Below the pieces are notes generated by a model. The model ran no database searches and was not told the origin of the DNA. It worked only from the letters and a program-made list of their open reading frames with translations. Below are positions 50,601 to 61,432 of a DNA stretch of 64,000 bases, piece by piece (the stretch's first letter is position 1; each line of letters begins with the position of its first letter). Source of the DNA: Phoronis australis (lineage: Eukaryota > Animalia > Phoronida); contig NMRA01000501.1 in the NCBI GenBank assembly GCA_002633005.1, forward strand, positions 1-64,000, read 5' to 3'. The position numbers were made by a program, and so were the translations under genes.

Positions 50601-53232
50601 CAGAAATAAATGGCAAAAGCTAGAACAGCCAGGCCATTAATCATGCACAGATAAAAGGTTCTCATTGCCTGCTTTACACTTAGGCAGCAGGTGAGCCTGA
50701 ACGAGATATTAGGACCCGCCCCCAAGGGGCAACTGATAGGGCATGCTCCTCAGGTATTCCAACCAAGATCTGTTCTGCTTGCCAGTTCTTAACTTCAGTC
50801 TTTCCCTTTTACATTGCTGCTAACTATGTGTCTTTTGTAGTGGTCACGGCTTTTGCAACCCCCCTCCCCCCCAACAGGGTTTCCTTGTTTTAGCGAGGTC
50901 AATTCTCAGGAATTTTGCTAGGTTGACGAGTTGACGCTATGCTAAGCGTTGAGCCCTGAAAAGAGTGTTTTGGGTCTGTTTTGTCTATTTTCAGTATATT
51001 TCACTCAATAGCCAATGTTCAGGTGAATTCACATAAAAACATTTTCTATTTCACAATGAACACCACAAGTCAAATTCATTGTCCAATTATATTTAAAATA
51101 TCTCTTTGCTTTGATCAAGATATAGGTGGAGTTTCACATAATTATTGGCATATGATCTAATTGAACCCGTAACAATAAGCCAAAAACCTGTTGCATTCTA
51201 CGTAAAAGACCAATTAAGGCACAGTTTGTCATCAGAAACTAGAGAATGTTATTTTCCTGGCAATCAGCAGTAATGGTTGCAATTTTCAAAATCAAACTGC
51301 TTCCTGGTGCCTCTATAATCCAAGAGTGCTGCCATCTTCTGGCAACCACTCTTGGCTGGCAGAGGCGTTGACCTTTCGACCCCAGGCTGTGTGGGTTTCA
51401 GCAGACAAAGGCCACATCAGAAAAGAACAACAAAATGCAAGGCCACAGACCATTAAACCTAATATGGCATACTGCAAAGTGTAACAAAGACTGTCACAGG
51501 CACAGGCTGAATGGTTGGAAGTTATTAGTCCAATTATGGGCAGTGAGTTTATAATGAACTGGCCACAAAGGAAGCATAATTAGAAATTAATCACAATTTA
51601 ACAAGAACATAATGCCATAATGGATGGGTGATGCAACCAACTGCAGAGCTGGGCTAATCCCCTAGTCTGCTGCACAGGACTGTCATATGAAGGGAAATAC
51701 ACATCCAAGGCATGCACAGATCTAGGACCAAGTTATCTGTGAGAAACTGGTCTAATCGATAGTGGGGTCCGAGAATAAATGGTAGGAGGCGCTGAACACG
51801 AAAAATAAACAAAGACATAAACATTGTAACTTAGAACATAAAACATTTCTTCATGCAAATCTCGAATTTACTTAAATTTAAACCACAAAGTGGAAGAAAA
51901 TGGATTTTTTTTTCTGGGAGGGGCGTTACCTGGCAATAAAAAACAAGGGGGCAGTGTACACCACCTTTAGAAACCACCTCGACAATAACCCTGGCTTCCA
52001 CATGCATGGGCGGCACATGCGCTGAAAGAAGCAGGGGGGCTATAGCCCCCTGTGGTGCACCGCCCATACACTGTGGGCAGCGCAGCACTGAAAAAAGGTG
52101 GGGGGGGGCTACAGCACCCCCAGACCCCTATGGTGCTCCGCCCATGACATAACCGTTCTCACTTTCCACAGCATTTCCCCGAGTTTTCCAGAACATTAGA
52201 TTCATATTCCACGAGTTATTTCTTTGATCAAATGCAGTTGATGGAANCACATCCAAGGCATGCATAGATCTAGGACCAAGTTATCTGTGAGAAACTGGTC
52301 TAATCGATAGTGCGGTCCGAGAATAAATGGTAGGAGGCGCTGAACACGAAAAATAAACAAAGACATAAACATTGTAACTTAGAACATAAAACATTTCTTC
52401 ATGGAAATGTCGAATTTACTTAATTTAAACCACAAAGTGGAAGAAAATGGATTTTTTTTTCTGGGAGGGGCGTTACCTGGCAATAAAAAACAAGGGGGCA
52501 GTGTACACCACCTTTACAAACCACCTCGACAATAACCCTGGCTTCCACATGCATGGGCGGCACATGCGCTGAAAGAAGCAGGGGGGCTATAGCCCCCTGT
52601 GGTGCACCGCCCATACACTGTGGGCAGCGCAGCACTGAAAAAAGGTGGGGGGGGGCTACAGCACCCCCAGACCCCTATGGTGCTCCGCCCATGACATAAC
52701 CGTTCTCACTTTCCACAGCATTTCCCCGAGTTTTCCAGAACATTAGATTCATATTCCACGAGTTATTTCTTTGATCAAATGCAGTTGATGGAATTTTTGC
52801 AGATGAATTTCACCAGTGAATAACTGAACACACACACTCATGACATTTTCACCATGCATTCTTTCATTTTTCCTGTTTTATGGAAACTAATTTTTTTGAA
52901 ATCGTTTCTGTCAGCTTTAGGTTTTCCAGTTATCCATGCCATAGAGAATCACATAAATGGTTCAGCGCTTTTGAAGACAATGCCCGTTTCCAGTTGCACC
53001 AGATCAAAACAGCAAAATTTCAAAGACAGTTTGGCTCTGTCTCACAAAAAGCCCTAGCTAAAACATAAGTCACTGTTTCACTTAGAGATAACCACCTCAC
53101 TTGCATCAGCCCTAACCAGTGTTAGCTCACCTTTCTCTGGCCCAGCCACGCCCTCGGCTATCAACATGTTGTCCAGCCTCATGAGTTGGGGGTCCGGGGG
53201 CTCATCCTCCTGTGACCCTCGAATAGACAGTA
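35567..53232 (-). CDS. Pbx: PBX/extradenticle TALE homeobox transcription factor, 5'-partial multi-exon gene. Exons: 53232-53131, 49732-49590, 44622-44432, 41610-41475, [40805-40691 or 40639-40531], 40159-40047, 39417-39352, optional 37795-37736, 35668-35567
   Basis: Spliced translation gives PBC-A end, PBC-B and the TALE homeodomain ([61 protein letters not shown]). All junctions are GT-AG and phase-compatible. Confidence 0.98.
37736..37795 (-). CDS. Pbx: Candidate 60-nt Pbx cassette exon: [20 protein letters not shown]
   Basis: ACTAAC branch-like motif (plus-strand gttagt, 37821-37826), pyrimidine tract gctttcttgccttctag, donor GTATGT, phase 0/0, open frame; no homology support. Confidence 0.55.
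38433..38636. mobile_element. MITE in Pbx intron (related fragment about 35230-35290)
   Basis: TIR tgggcctgttcccagaaactgactta / taagtcagttttcatggaacgggccca. Confidence 0.7.
39352..39417 (-). CDS. Pbx: Pbx exon: [22 protein letters not shown]
   Basis: 66 nt, acceptor ttcacag, donor GTAGGT, phase 0/0; matches PBX1a VDTLRHVISQTGGYSDGL. Confidence 0.9.
39612..39761. mobile_element. Short MITE with CTG TSD in Pbx intron
   Basis: TIR ggctgagttgcat..aaagttat / ataacttttatgcaactggacc; CTG at 39609-39611 and 39762-39764. Confidence 0.6.
40047..40159 (-). CDS. Pbx: Pbx 113-nt exon (counterpart of vertebrate PBX1 exon 7): [38 protein letters not shown]
   Basis: acceptor ttgacag, donor GTATGT, phase 1/0; FMSV..NG..Y and ANVQSQ match PBX1a. 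Confidence 0.92.
40531..40639 (-). CDS. Pbx: Pbx helix-3/helix-4 exon, variant B (tandem duplicate): [36 protein letters not shown](G)
   Basis: 109 nt, acceptor tgtgtttcag, donor GTGCGG, phase 0/1 like variant A; open frame, mostly synonymous differences from variant A. Confidence 0.88.
40691..40805 (-). CDS. Pbx: Pbx helix-3/helix-4 exon, variant A: [38 protein letters not shown](G)
   Basis: 115 nt, acceptor cttacag, donor GTACGT, phase 0/1; canonical PBX recognition helix. Confidence 0.95.
41140..41249 (-). mobile_element. tRNA-derived SINE head
   Basis: Minus strand A-box TGGCCTAGTGTGG and B-box GGATTCGAGTCCC, followed by ccttgagtcaag; no intact cloverleaf. Confidence 0.6.
41475..41610 (-). 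CDS. Pbx: Pbx exon, homeodomain helices 1-2 with TALE loop (LSNPYP)
   Basis: 136 nt, acceptor ctcgtag, donor GTAAAA, phase 2/0; [45 protein letters not shown]. Confidence 0.98.
41762..41858. repeat. Perfect 47-bp tandem duplication
   Basis: attgcatttgaccttatcaggccaaaaagcagacttgattccagcat occurs twice. Confidence 0.95.
44432..44622 (-). CDS. Pbx: Pbx exon, PBC-B: [63 protein letters not shown](R)
   Basis: 191 nt, acceptor tttacag, donor GTAAGT, phase 0/2; conserved PBC-B sequence. Confidence 0.98.
45428..45437 (+). promoter_or_regulatory. PBX-MEIS/PREP decamer TGATTGACAG in Pbx intron
   Basis: Exact match to the known composite motif; function untested. Confidence 0.35.
46681..46900. promoter_or_regulatory. 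Cluster of PBX-HOX-type octamers and MEIS-like half-sites (candidate enhancer)
   Basis: TGATTGAT 46681-46688, TGATTTAT 46803-46810, ATAAATCA 46860-46867, TGACA near 46875 and 46895. Confidence 0.4.
49590..49732 (-). CDS. Pbx: Pbx exon, Ala-rich linker and start of PBC-B: [48 protein letters not shown]
   Basis: 143 nt, acceptor ccctag, donor GTAAAT, phase 1/0; contains the PBX motif [25 protein letters not shown]. Confidence 0.97.
51700..52793. repeat. ~547-bp tandem duplication split by single N (52247); probable unmerged allelic overlap
   Basis: 51700-52246 vs 52248-52793 differ by only a few SNPs/indels. Confidence 0.9.
53131..53232 (-). CDS. Pbx: Pbx exon, end of PBC-A: (V)[33 protein letters not shown](G)
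   Basis: 102 nt, acceptor ttgcag, donor GTGAGC, phase 1/1; near-identical to PBX1 [35 protein letters not shown]. Confidence 0.96.
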
Positions 53233-54130
53233 CTGCAACGAGAAGGTGATACAACAGGGTTGAGTTTTATGCTTTCTGCTTCATGTACTTAGCCAACTTT
53301 GATTCAGAGTGCGTAATTGCATGTGACCTTGTTTGAAATTTCTTGAATTTCATTTCCATGCAAGCCGCTAATAAAAGTTCTATTAGTTTGAAAAAGAAAA
53401 GAGAGAAATATTGTTAATTAAGTTGGTCAAAAACTTTAAATCATACTCGTTGGGTCAGTCAGTTACCTTCTTCTATTACTGGTGGATATAACTTATAATT
53501 CAAGCTGACTGTCTTTATAGAATTTTGCCCCCAAGCATGACTCAAGTTCTTACAGATTGGTGATCAAAACAAACATATCCATGACCTGTTCAGGGTGACA
53601 ACCTGCAGTCCCCTAAAGTGTGAGAAAATAAATATGTCAGCCTAATGCTGCTAACAAGGTTATTGGAACTTAGTGGAGAACCTTGAATAAGGTAAACCCA
53701 TAAAACTTCAATAGTTTGGTTCAAGCTTGAACAGGGTTATCCACTAATACAATAATCCTGTCAGAAAGTATTATTCAATCTTCATGAACCAAGTGTCCTA
53801 GAAGTCAGGGTCCTGTCCCATAAAACATATTCGAGGTAAAATATCACCAATTTCGGACAATAACAATATTGCCAAAGTTGATTTCCTTTTCATGTTTCAA
53901 AGGTATCTAACATTGTTATGACTGCCCACCATTTCTCAAAACAATGACCCATGGTAGATATGGTATACCGTAGAACATAGAAATGATATGACATTTGACC
54001 ACGTTAGCTATATGTGTTCTGAATAGGTGAGATTTTACCAATATAACCGAGTACAGTGCCTGAAATACAAACACGAGGTTCTTGCACAACAGGAACCCTA
54101 TGCATTAGCTCTTTAGTACAGGAGGTGGAA

Positions 54131-57100
54131 AAAGAAGTCAAAATTTTCTCCGAATTTCCATGAGGCTCTGAGTGGCCAGTGAACAGTTTACATTAGTATT
54201 GGGACAACAAATCAAGGACTACAGTACTATCACTAGGTTCACGTGTGGGACAAAAATGCTAGAAGTTTTTTATTGATAAAATCACAAGTGCTTTAGTCAG
54301 ACAGGAGAGCCATCAACATAGGGGTCACTTTCACTCGCACTTACTTCTCTTCCTCACCACCAGATTCACCAAACAATGAAACCAAGCTTCCTGCCCTGCC
54401 CATGAGTGTAACTTTCAAATAAGCAGTCTGGCTACACATGGTAAACATTGGAACAGTGTAACATGGATCTTTTTGTTCAAGGCTAATGCTGGTACCAAAT
54501 TCCCAAGTATGCTTCAAAATAGTTTGGGCGGGAATGCAGAGTAGAGGAGATGAAGCCCTACCCAGTAATCAAAGTAGAAATGGTCGCTTGGCATTGCCTT
54601 TGATGTCCGATCTTATAAGATAATTTGTACCATTTTCATATGAAAATACCACATTTGGAGATAATCTGACCTGGTCAAAGTAAGATGCACTAACAGACCC
54701 TACTGTTGGCTTATGGAGTAAATAAGGCTTCCACCCAAAACATCAATCGCAATTTGATATTTAACATTCAAAAGCACACAAGGAAATGAAATTTTCGGGT
54801 ACACATACGCTGCCCTTTGCATAGAAACCTTCCTCTCACATCACAGCAAGAACGAGTCTTGTTATGCTACTAAAACCTAAACTTCACAGTATCATTCATT
54901 TCCTACAAAATTTCTAATGAACAACCTAATTGCTATTTACAATGATCATTGGTACCTAATTAGTAATTAATGGCCTGCCACACTTGCATAAATCTCAATG
55001 TTTTGCAAGATCCAATTTGTCATGCACTGTTTACTTGTAATCATGTCCTAGTTAGTCTATCACAAATAATTTCGGACAGAAGATTTTGCGTCAAAGTATT
55101 TCCAAGAAGCTAACAGTCGCAACAGATAGTTACTTATAGTCCTTGATGTTAATGCATTATTCATAGAGTAACTGGTCACCAGATTGTACTGTAATTCTCC
55201 ACACATTTCACACAAAAATAATTAGCAAAATCAAAGGAAATTTGCTTTAACGGGCACAATGGGGCGCACTACCAAATGTCGTTTTATGACATTTACGCAA
55301 AACAACACAGGCTGGTGATCAACCGATTTTTTTAATCTTTATTTCTGTGGAGAAATTCGATCAATAAAATTTCATTTATCGACCCCCATTGAGCACTGAA
55401 TAGGTGAATTGCATTTCTTTAGTTTATTAGGAAAGTGTACAGCGGATCCTCATGTGTACATGTAGCCAGCCAATTTACAGTAAAAATTCTCCAATTTGTG
55501 AGTCTCTAGAATAAGGGACATGGAAACTCACGAAAAATTAAAATTTTATTGATCTTGGAAATTCAGACAAGAGTGATTTTAGCATTCACTATATTTCTCA
55601 AATTTCTAACATTGCATTTTCAGTCCACAGAGTGCGTAATTATGCCATCTTTCAAACGATTCTTGAATTTGGGACAACCANAAAGAAGTCAAAATTTTCT
55701 CCAAATTTCCATGAGGCTCTGAGTGGCCAGTGAACAGTTTACATTAGTATTGGGACAACCAATCAAGGACTACAGTACTATCACTAGGTTCACCTGTGGG
55801 ACAAAAATGCTAGAAGTTTTTTATTGATAAAATCACAAGTGCTTTAGTCAGACAGGAGAGCCATCAACATAGGGGTCACTTTCACCCGCACTTACTTCTC
55901 TTCCTCACCACCAGATTCACCAAACAATGAAACCAAGCTTCCTGCCCTGCCAGTGAGTGTAACTTTCAAATAAGCAGTCTGGCTACACATGGTAAACATT
56001 GGAACAGTGTAACATGGATCTTTTTGTTCAAGGCTAATGCTGGTACCAAATTCGCAAGTATGCTTCAAAATAGTTTGGCCGGGAATGCAGAGTAGAGGAG
56101 ATGAAGCCCTACCCAGTAATCAAAGTAGAAATGGTCGCTTGGCATTGCCTTTGATGTCCGATTTTATAAGATAATTTGTACCATTTTCATATGAAAATAC
56201 CACATTTGGAGATAATCTGACCTGGTCAAAGTAAGTTGCACTAACAGACCCTACTGTTGGCTTATGGAGTAAATAAGGCTTCCACCCAAAACATCAATCG
56301 CAATTTGATATTTAACATTCAAAAACACACAAGGAAATGAAATTTTCGGGTAGACATACGCTGCCCTTTGCATAGAAACCTTCCTCTCACATCATAGCAA
56401 GAACGAGTCTTGTTATGCTACTAAAACCTAAACTTCACAGTATCATTCATTTCCTACAAAATTTCTAATGAACAACCTAATTGCTATTTACAATGATCAT
56501 TGGTACCTAATTAGTAATTAATGGCATGCCACACTTGCATAAATCTCAATGTTTTGCAAGATCCAATTTGTCATGCACTGTTTACTTGTAATCATGTCCT
56601 AGTTAGTCTAACACAAATAATTTCGGACAGAAGATTTTGCAGTCAAAGTATTTCCAAGAAGCTAACAGTCGCAACAGATAGTTACTTATAGTCCTTGATG
56701 TTAATGCATTATTCTTAGAGTAACTGGTCACCAGATTGTACTGTAATTCTCCACACATTTCACACAAAAATAATTAGAAAAATCAAAGGAAATTTGCTTT
56801 AACGGGCACAGAGGGGCGTACTACCAAATGCCGTTTTATGACATTTACGCAAAACAACACAGGCTGGTGATCAACCGATTTTTTTAATCTTTATTTCTGT
56901 GGAGAAATTCGATCAATAAAATTTCATTTATCGACCCCCATTGAGCACTGAATAGGTGAATTGCATTTCTTTAGTTTATTAGGAAAGTGTACAGCGGATC
57001 CTCATGTGTACATGTAGCCAGCCAATTTACAGTAAAAATTCTCCAATTTGTGAGTCTCTAGAATAAGGGACATGGAAACTCACGAAAAATTAAAATTTTA

Positions 57101-57232
57101 TTGATCTTGGAAATTCAGACAAGAGTGATTTTAGCATTCACTATATTTCTCAAATTTCTAACATTGCATTTTCAGTCCACAGAGTGCGTAATTATGCCAT
57201 CTTTCAAACGATTCTTGAATTTGGGACAACCA
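54131..57232. repeat. ~1.55-kb tandem duplication split by single N (55681); probable unmerged allelic overlap
   Basis: 54131-55680 vs 55682-57232 are near-identical with scattered SNPs. Confidence 0.9.
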
Positions 57233-57234
57233 GG

Positions 57235-57718
57235 CAGGCCTTTATGCAGCGCACGGCCTGTGCGTCCAAATGGACGCCCCAGCACTAAGATGGACGCCCT
57301 GGCAAGGACCCCAATGTATCATTTGGACGCCCACTGTCAATAGGAACCTTTCAAGTTTGGACACACACACACATTGTAATGATTACTAGGAAGTCTCTGA
57401 AGGCTCACAGTGGGGGCTCTTTTTTCAAAGCAGGAAGAAATATACAATGAATATACAAAGTATATACAATGTTGCTATGCTCACACTTGGTTGATAGCAT
57501 TGTAAAAGTCTTGGTCTACACCAATTTTTTATTAAAAATGCTCACTACAGAGAAGGCTGTTTAGATGTAAAAACCTTGGTTTATGCATTTTTTGTAAAAA
57601 ATCTGTGTTTGGGAGGATTGCTGGGGGTGGGGGGTTACGCGTCGGAATTATGGACGCCATGGAATATTGGTAACCCCCTTTAGGACACCCTATTTTCGAA
57701 ATCCTGGATAAAGGCCTG
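57235..57718. mobile_element. MITE with CAG...CTG ends
   Basis: TIR caggcctttatgcag / ctggataaaggcctg; internal tggacgccc repeats; no clean TSD. Confidence 0.65.
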
Positions 57719-58009
57719 ACGACCAATGGCGGTTCTTTCTAGAATTTGGGACAAGCTCCAACCTGGAGCAAAAATAATTAAATTTCCATTGATCCACATT
57801 AGAGAATTTTTAAAGTAAGGGCATATAAGTCACTTTAAACAAAAGAAGTACAACTACATATAACAATGTTCATAACAATAATATAGTGACATCTTGTGAC
57901 ATTAGCAAATGGTGTAATTATGGTTAAAGCTCAACGATTTCGGACAAAAAATAATTGAAAAACCTGAACTTTTTTGCCTTTTCAAGTACTCCTAACCCGG
58001 CCGTAAAAA

Positions 58010-58058
58010 CCCACAATTCTTCAATACCCACAATTCTTCAATACCCACAATTCTTCAA
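58010..58058. repeat. 17-bp tandem repeat, 3 units (cccacaattcttcaata)
   Basis: Direct reading. Confidence 0.9.
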
Positions 58059-58124
58059 AATATTTTCTGTTAGTAGCTATGATACAGAGCTAAGCTAAGG
58101 CAAAGCATCATTCTGGTACTGTAT

Positions 58125-58755
58125 ATATTTATTTATGAAAAAAAGAAAATATAATTTCACCCGTTTGCCAAATTGTGTCTTAAATTAGTGAGGTTTTACC
58201 ATAACTAGACGTAGTTCAGATAAGAATAGCACTTTGTTGCAAGCTATGCCCTTTATTAATAAAACGTGTGATTAATTTAACATGCTTTTCTACTACTGTT
58301 ATTTTCACAAAACATCTTCCCTTTCAAATTTCCCCACTCATTTTCTAACTACAGTCTAAAATTATGCTGTTGTGAAAAGAACAGTTGAACACAATATCAG
58401 TTTCATCCGGAATTCCACCTTTACATACGAGGCAAATACATTATCTCAAAAATATTTCTAAATCTCCCTTCATTGAGTAAGAGAAATCTTATTTTGCCAT
58501 TTTTACATAAAAGACCAATTGACAAATATGTGCGTCTTTATTCCCTTGATACAGAAACTTTTAAAACACAAAACCATCAATTTCAAACCAGTCCATACCA
58601 CAGAATCATGGATATATTTATGAAACAATAAGAAAATTAAATTTCACCATTTGCCAAATTGTGTTTAAAATTGGAAAGGTTTTACCATAACTAGACGGAG
58701 TTCAGATAAAGATAGCACTTTGTTGCAAGCTATGCCCTCTATCAATAAAATGTGT
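58125..58755. repeat. Old diverged direct duplication (about 58125-58270 vs 58612-58755)
   Basis: Shared blocks aggttttaccataactagac and tagcactttgttgcaagctatgccct. Confidence 0.8.
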
Positions 58756-59840
58756 CCATGATAAACACCACTTTTAAAAGACAGAATGATCAGTTTCAAA
58801 CCATTTCAGATCATGCAATCTTGGCTCAACAGTTCGCAAGAAACCAAGCGACTATTCAACTAGGATAGATAGATTTTATGGGGACGTTGACCTTGCGAAC
58901 TTCAACCTTGCGAACTTTAAACAAAGTTTCTGACCAGGTGCCTCAGCAAAAATAGAGAATGAAATCAATGGAGCGTGACATATACAGGTAAAGTTTGATG
59001 TGGGTTTTGCAATTTTTAAAACCAGGTTAAGTAAAACCAGGTTTAAGCCACAAACAACCAGTCAACTTCACAGCCTGGTGTTGAATTATGGTTGTAACCT
59101 GCCATGAACCACAAGGGAAATATCACAATTCTTCACTCATTTAGAACACAATATGGCTGAAAAGTGAACTTCTGTCTATTCTAGTCTATTACAAGCATGG
59201 ATTGCACTATCAAGATAAAATAACACTAAAATTTTCTTACGTATGATTACGTTCCAATTATTTGTAATAAGGAAAGTAGCCTTTGGAAAAAATGACAATT
59301 TTGGCCATTATTTTTGTGCTAAAGAAGTGGAAAAGTTGCCATAAGTGTCCATCTTTATAAGATCTGAACATCATTTGTCATTTTAGGTTTAATTTTACTT
59401 AATATGTTTATCATAGCTTTGTTTGTCATTAACTTGTCAATACTTGGTGAAATGAAATGTTGGCCAAGTATTCCTACATCATTACTTCTTTGTTTGTTTT
59501 AGGCACACTGCAGATTACACTTCTTGACATATCAACTAGAGAGTCAACCCTCTGGCGTTCCTTGATGGATTTCTCTGAAACTGTACACTATGTGCATATT
59601 GAATACTCTCACCAATTTTTGACAAAAATAGTCACCATAACTGCCTTGTTTATTTTGCAAGAGTCCCTAACGTCGTTGTGACTGCCCACAGTTTTTCGAA
59701 ATGTCTTCTGGTCATAGCTGTGGTATAGAACACAGATAAGCATGAACGTGGTCAAGACGTTATTTAAGGAAAAAATTATATACTGCTATAAATTTCACGT
59801 GTCCATCATATTGTGTCCTAAATTGTCAAGAGTTTACCAT

Positions 59841-61432
59841 AGACCCTATTCACGCCGCGGCCAATAAGATCCAAAGCGAGGCTCACTGCGATAAACAAAG
59901 AGAAAGTAGACATTGTGCGAGTTACATAGCCGGTCTTTCGAGTCCAACCTGGATATTAAATTTTAATGATGTGTCGACAATTAACCACAGAGACGGAGAA
60001 AATTACATTAGAGAACAAGTTAAGGCGCCAAAAAGTTGTCTGACGAAAGGGTTTAATTTTTTTCGGAAAACTAGGTTCGAAACATGAAAGGTAAATATGA
60101 CCAAATTGCGGCGATCGTAGTGTTACGGATTAGGTATTATGCTGAATGCAGGGTTACGTTTTTTCTTGTAAATTGTAGATCAAAATACTTTCTACGCGGA
60201 CCAGGTCATGTGCTCGTATTGTTGACGAGTTGAAGACATATTCGACAGTGGTGTCTGTCATGTGCAATTAGTCACATCTGGTTTAATTTGTTGATCAAGA
60301 ATATTAACATCAAGCATAGCCTGATCCCATGCACTCACTGGGACTAACAGTTGATTTGTCATTGGTCTGAAAGAATAATTGATGTTATTAAATATATTTT
60401 TATTAAAATAAAAAACCAGGCTCGTAATTGAAAACAAAAATTATTTGACCATCAATGCTTTCTTGGTTGTAATAATTCTTACGTCTATTTCATGTGTTAG
60501 ATTTCAAATATCAATCTGAACCAAGTTGAATTTTAAAATTAAAACACCTAATTCGTTCGTCCAAAACATAACGTCGTTTTAGAACTCAATTTCAGTTAAC
60601 TGGACAATGCAATCATAGTTATCATGTTTCTGCAGAAGCCTCTTTCATCCGAGGGGAACGGTGCCAGTGCCTACTGAGAGTCGATTTTTTCGTGGAGTGA
60701 GGGCGGGAACAATCTACCTCCCGATCATCATCAATAGCACCCCCGGCCTGTTGCAAGCTCTCATAGGCTCTGCCTCAATTTAAAGTAGCCTTTTGTGCTC
60801 TTAAAAATTGTCACCTGTGTGAACTCAGAGAGATTTTTCACTAGGGGAATTTTTATGCCTCGTGGGCGGAATTTCGCGTGATATTTCAATATGTTTGAGA
60901 GGGGAATAGGGCCGATATTGGGCCCCAAATTTGAGGGATGGAGGGCCGTGTCGTTTTTGGAAAGAAAAATTATAATGTGTTGTTTATTCACCCCCCAAGA
61001 CCCGTCCTGGTTGCGCACGTGTGCTAGTCAGCAATTCGCACCCGAACTCAAAAATGGGATCTGATACAATTTTAGGGGGGGGGGGCATGCCTCCCCTAAA
61101 TCCGTAGTCATGAAAACACAGCCTGGCTGGCCCATTCTCCGGTCGTTACTATGATGCTTAAAAACTGACCGACATGCGACAAAATATAATCTAACTTTTC
61201 GAAAACATTTATAAATTTTACGCGGACACATTTTACTTCGTCGCGACAACGACCCAACGCTTCCGAATCTCCGTCTTTAGAGATTGTGAAGCAGACAGTT
61301 GCGTGTCCGTATTTTTTCTAGCCGTTTGCGGAATAACACGGTCTGAAACACAGAACGATGCCGATAAGCTAACAGAGCTATCGTAGCTAGCCTCGTTTTG
61401 GAATGCGCCTCCTGTCGGCGTGAATAGGGTCT
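59841..61432. mobile_element. ~1.6-kb TIR DNA transposon in Pbx intron (AT or TA TSD; ISL2EU-like possible), with nested MITE at about 60633-60950
   Basis: Perfect inverted repeat atagaccctattcacgccg (59839-59857) / cggcgtgaatagggtctat (61416-61434). Confidence 0.75.

Noticed and set aside
51700-57232. Two large tandem duplications inside Pbx introns as real segmental duplications
   Set aside because: Each junction is exactly one N and the copies differ only at allele-like levels, typical of unmerged haplotype overlaps. The A/B exon pair, by contrast, has no N and many synonymous differences.
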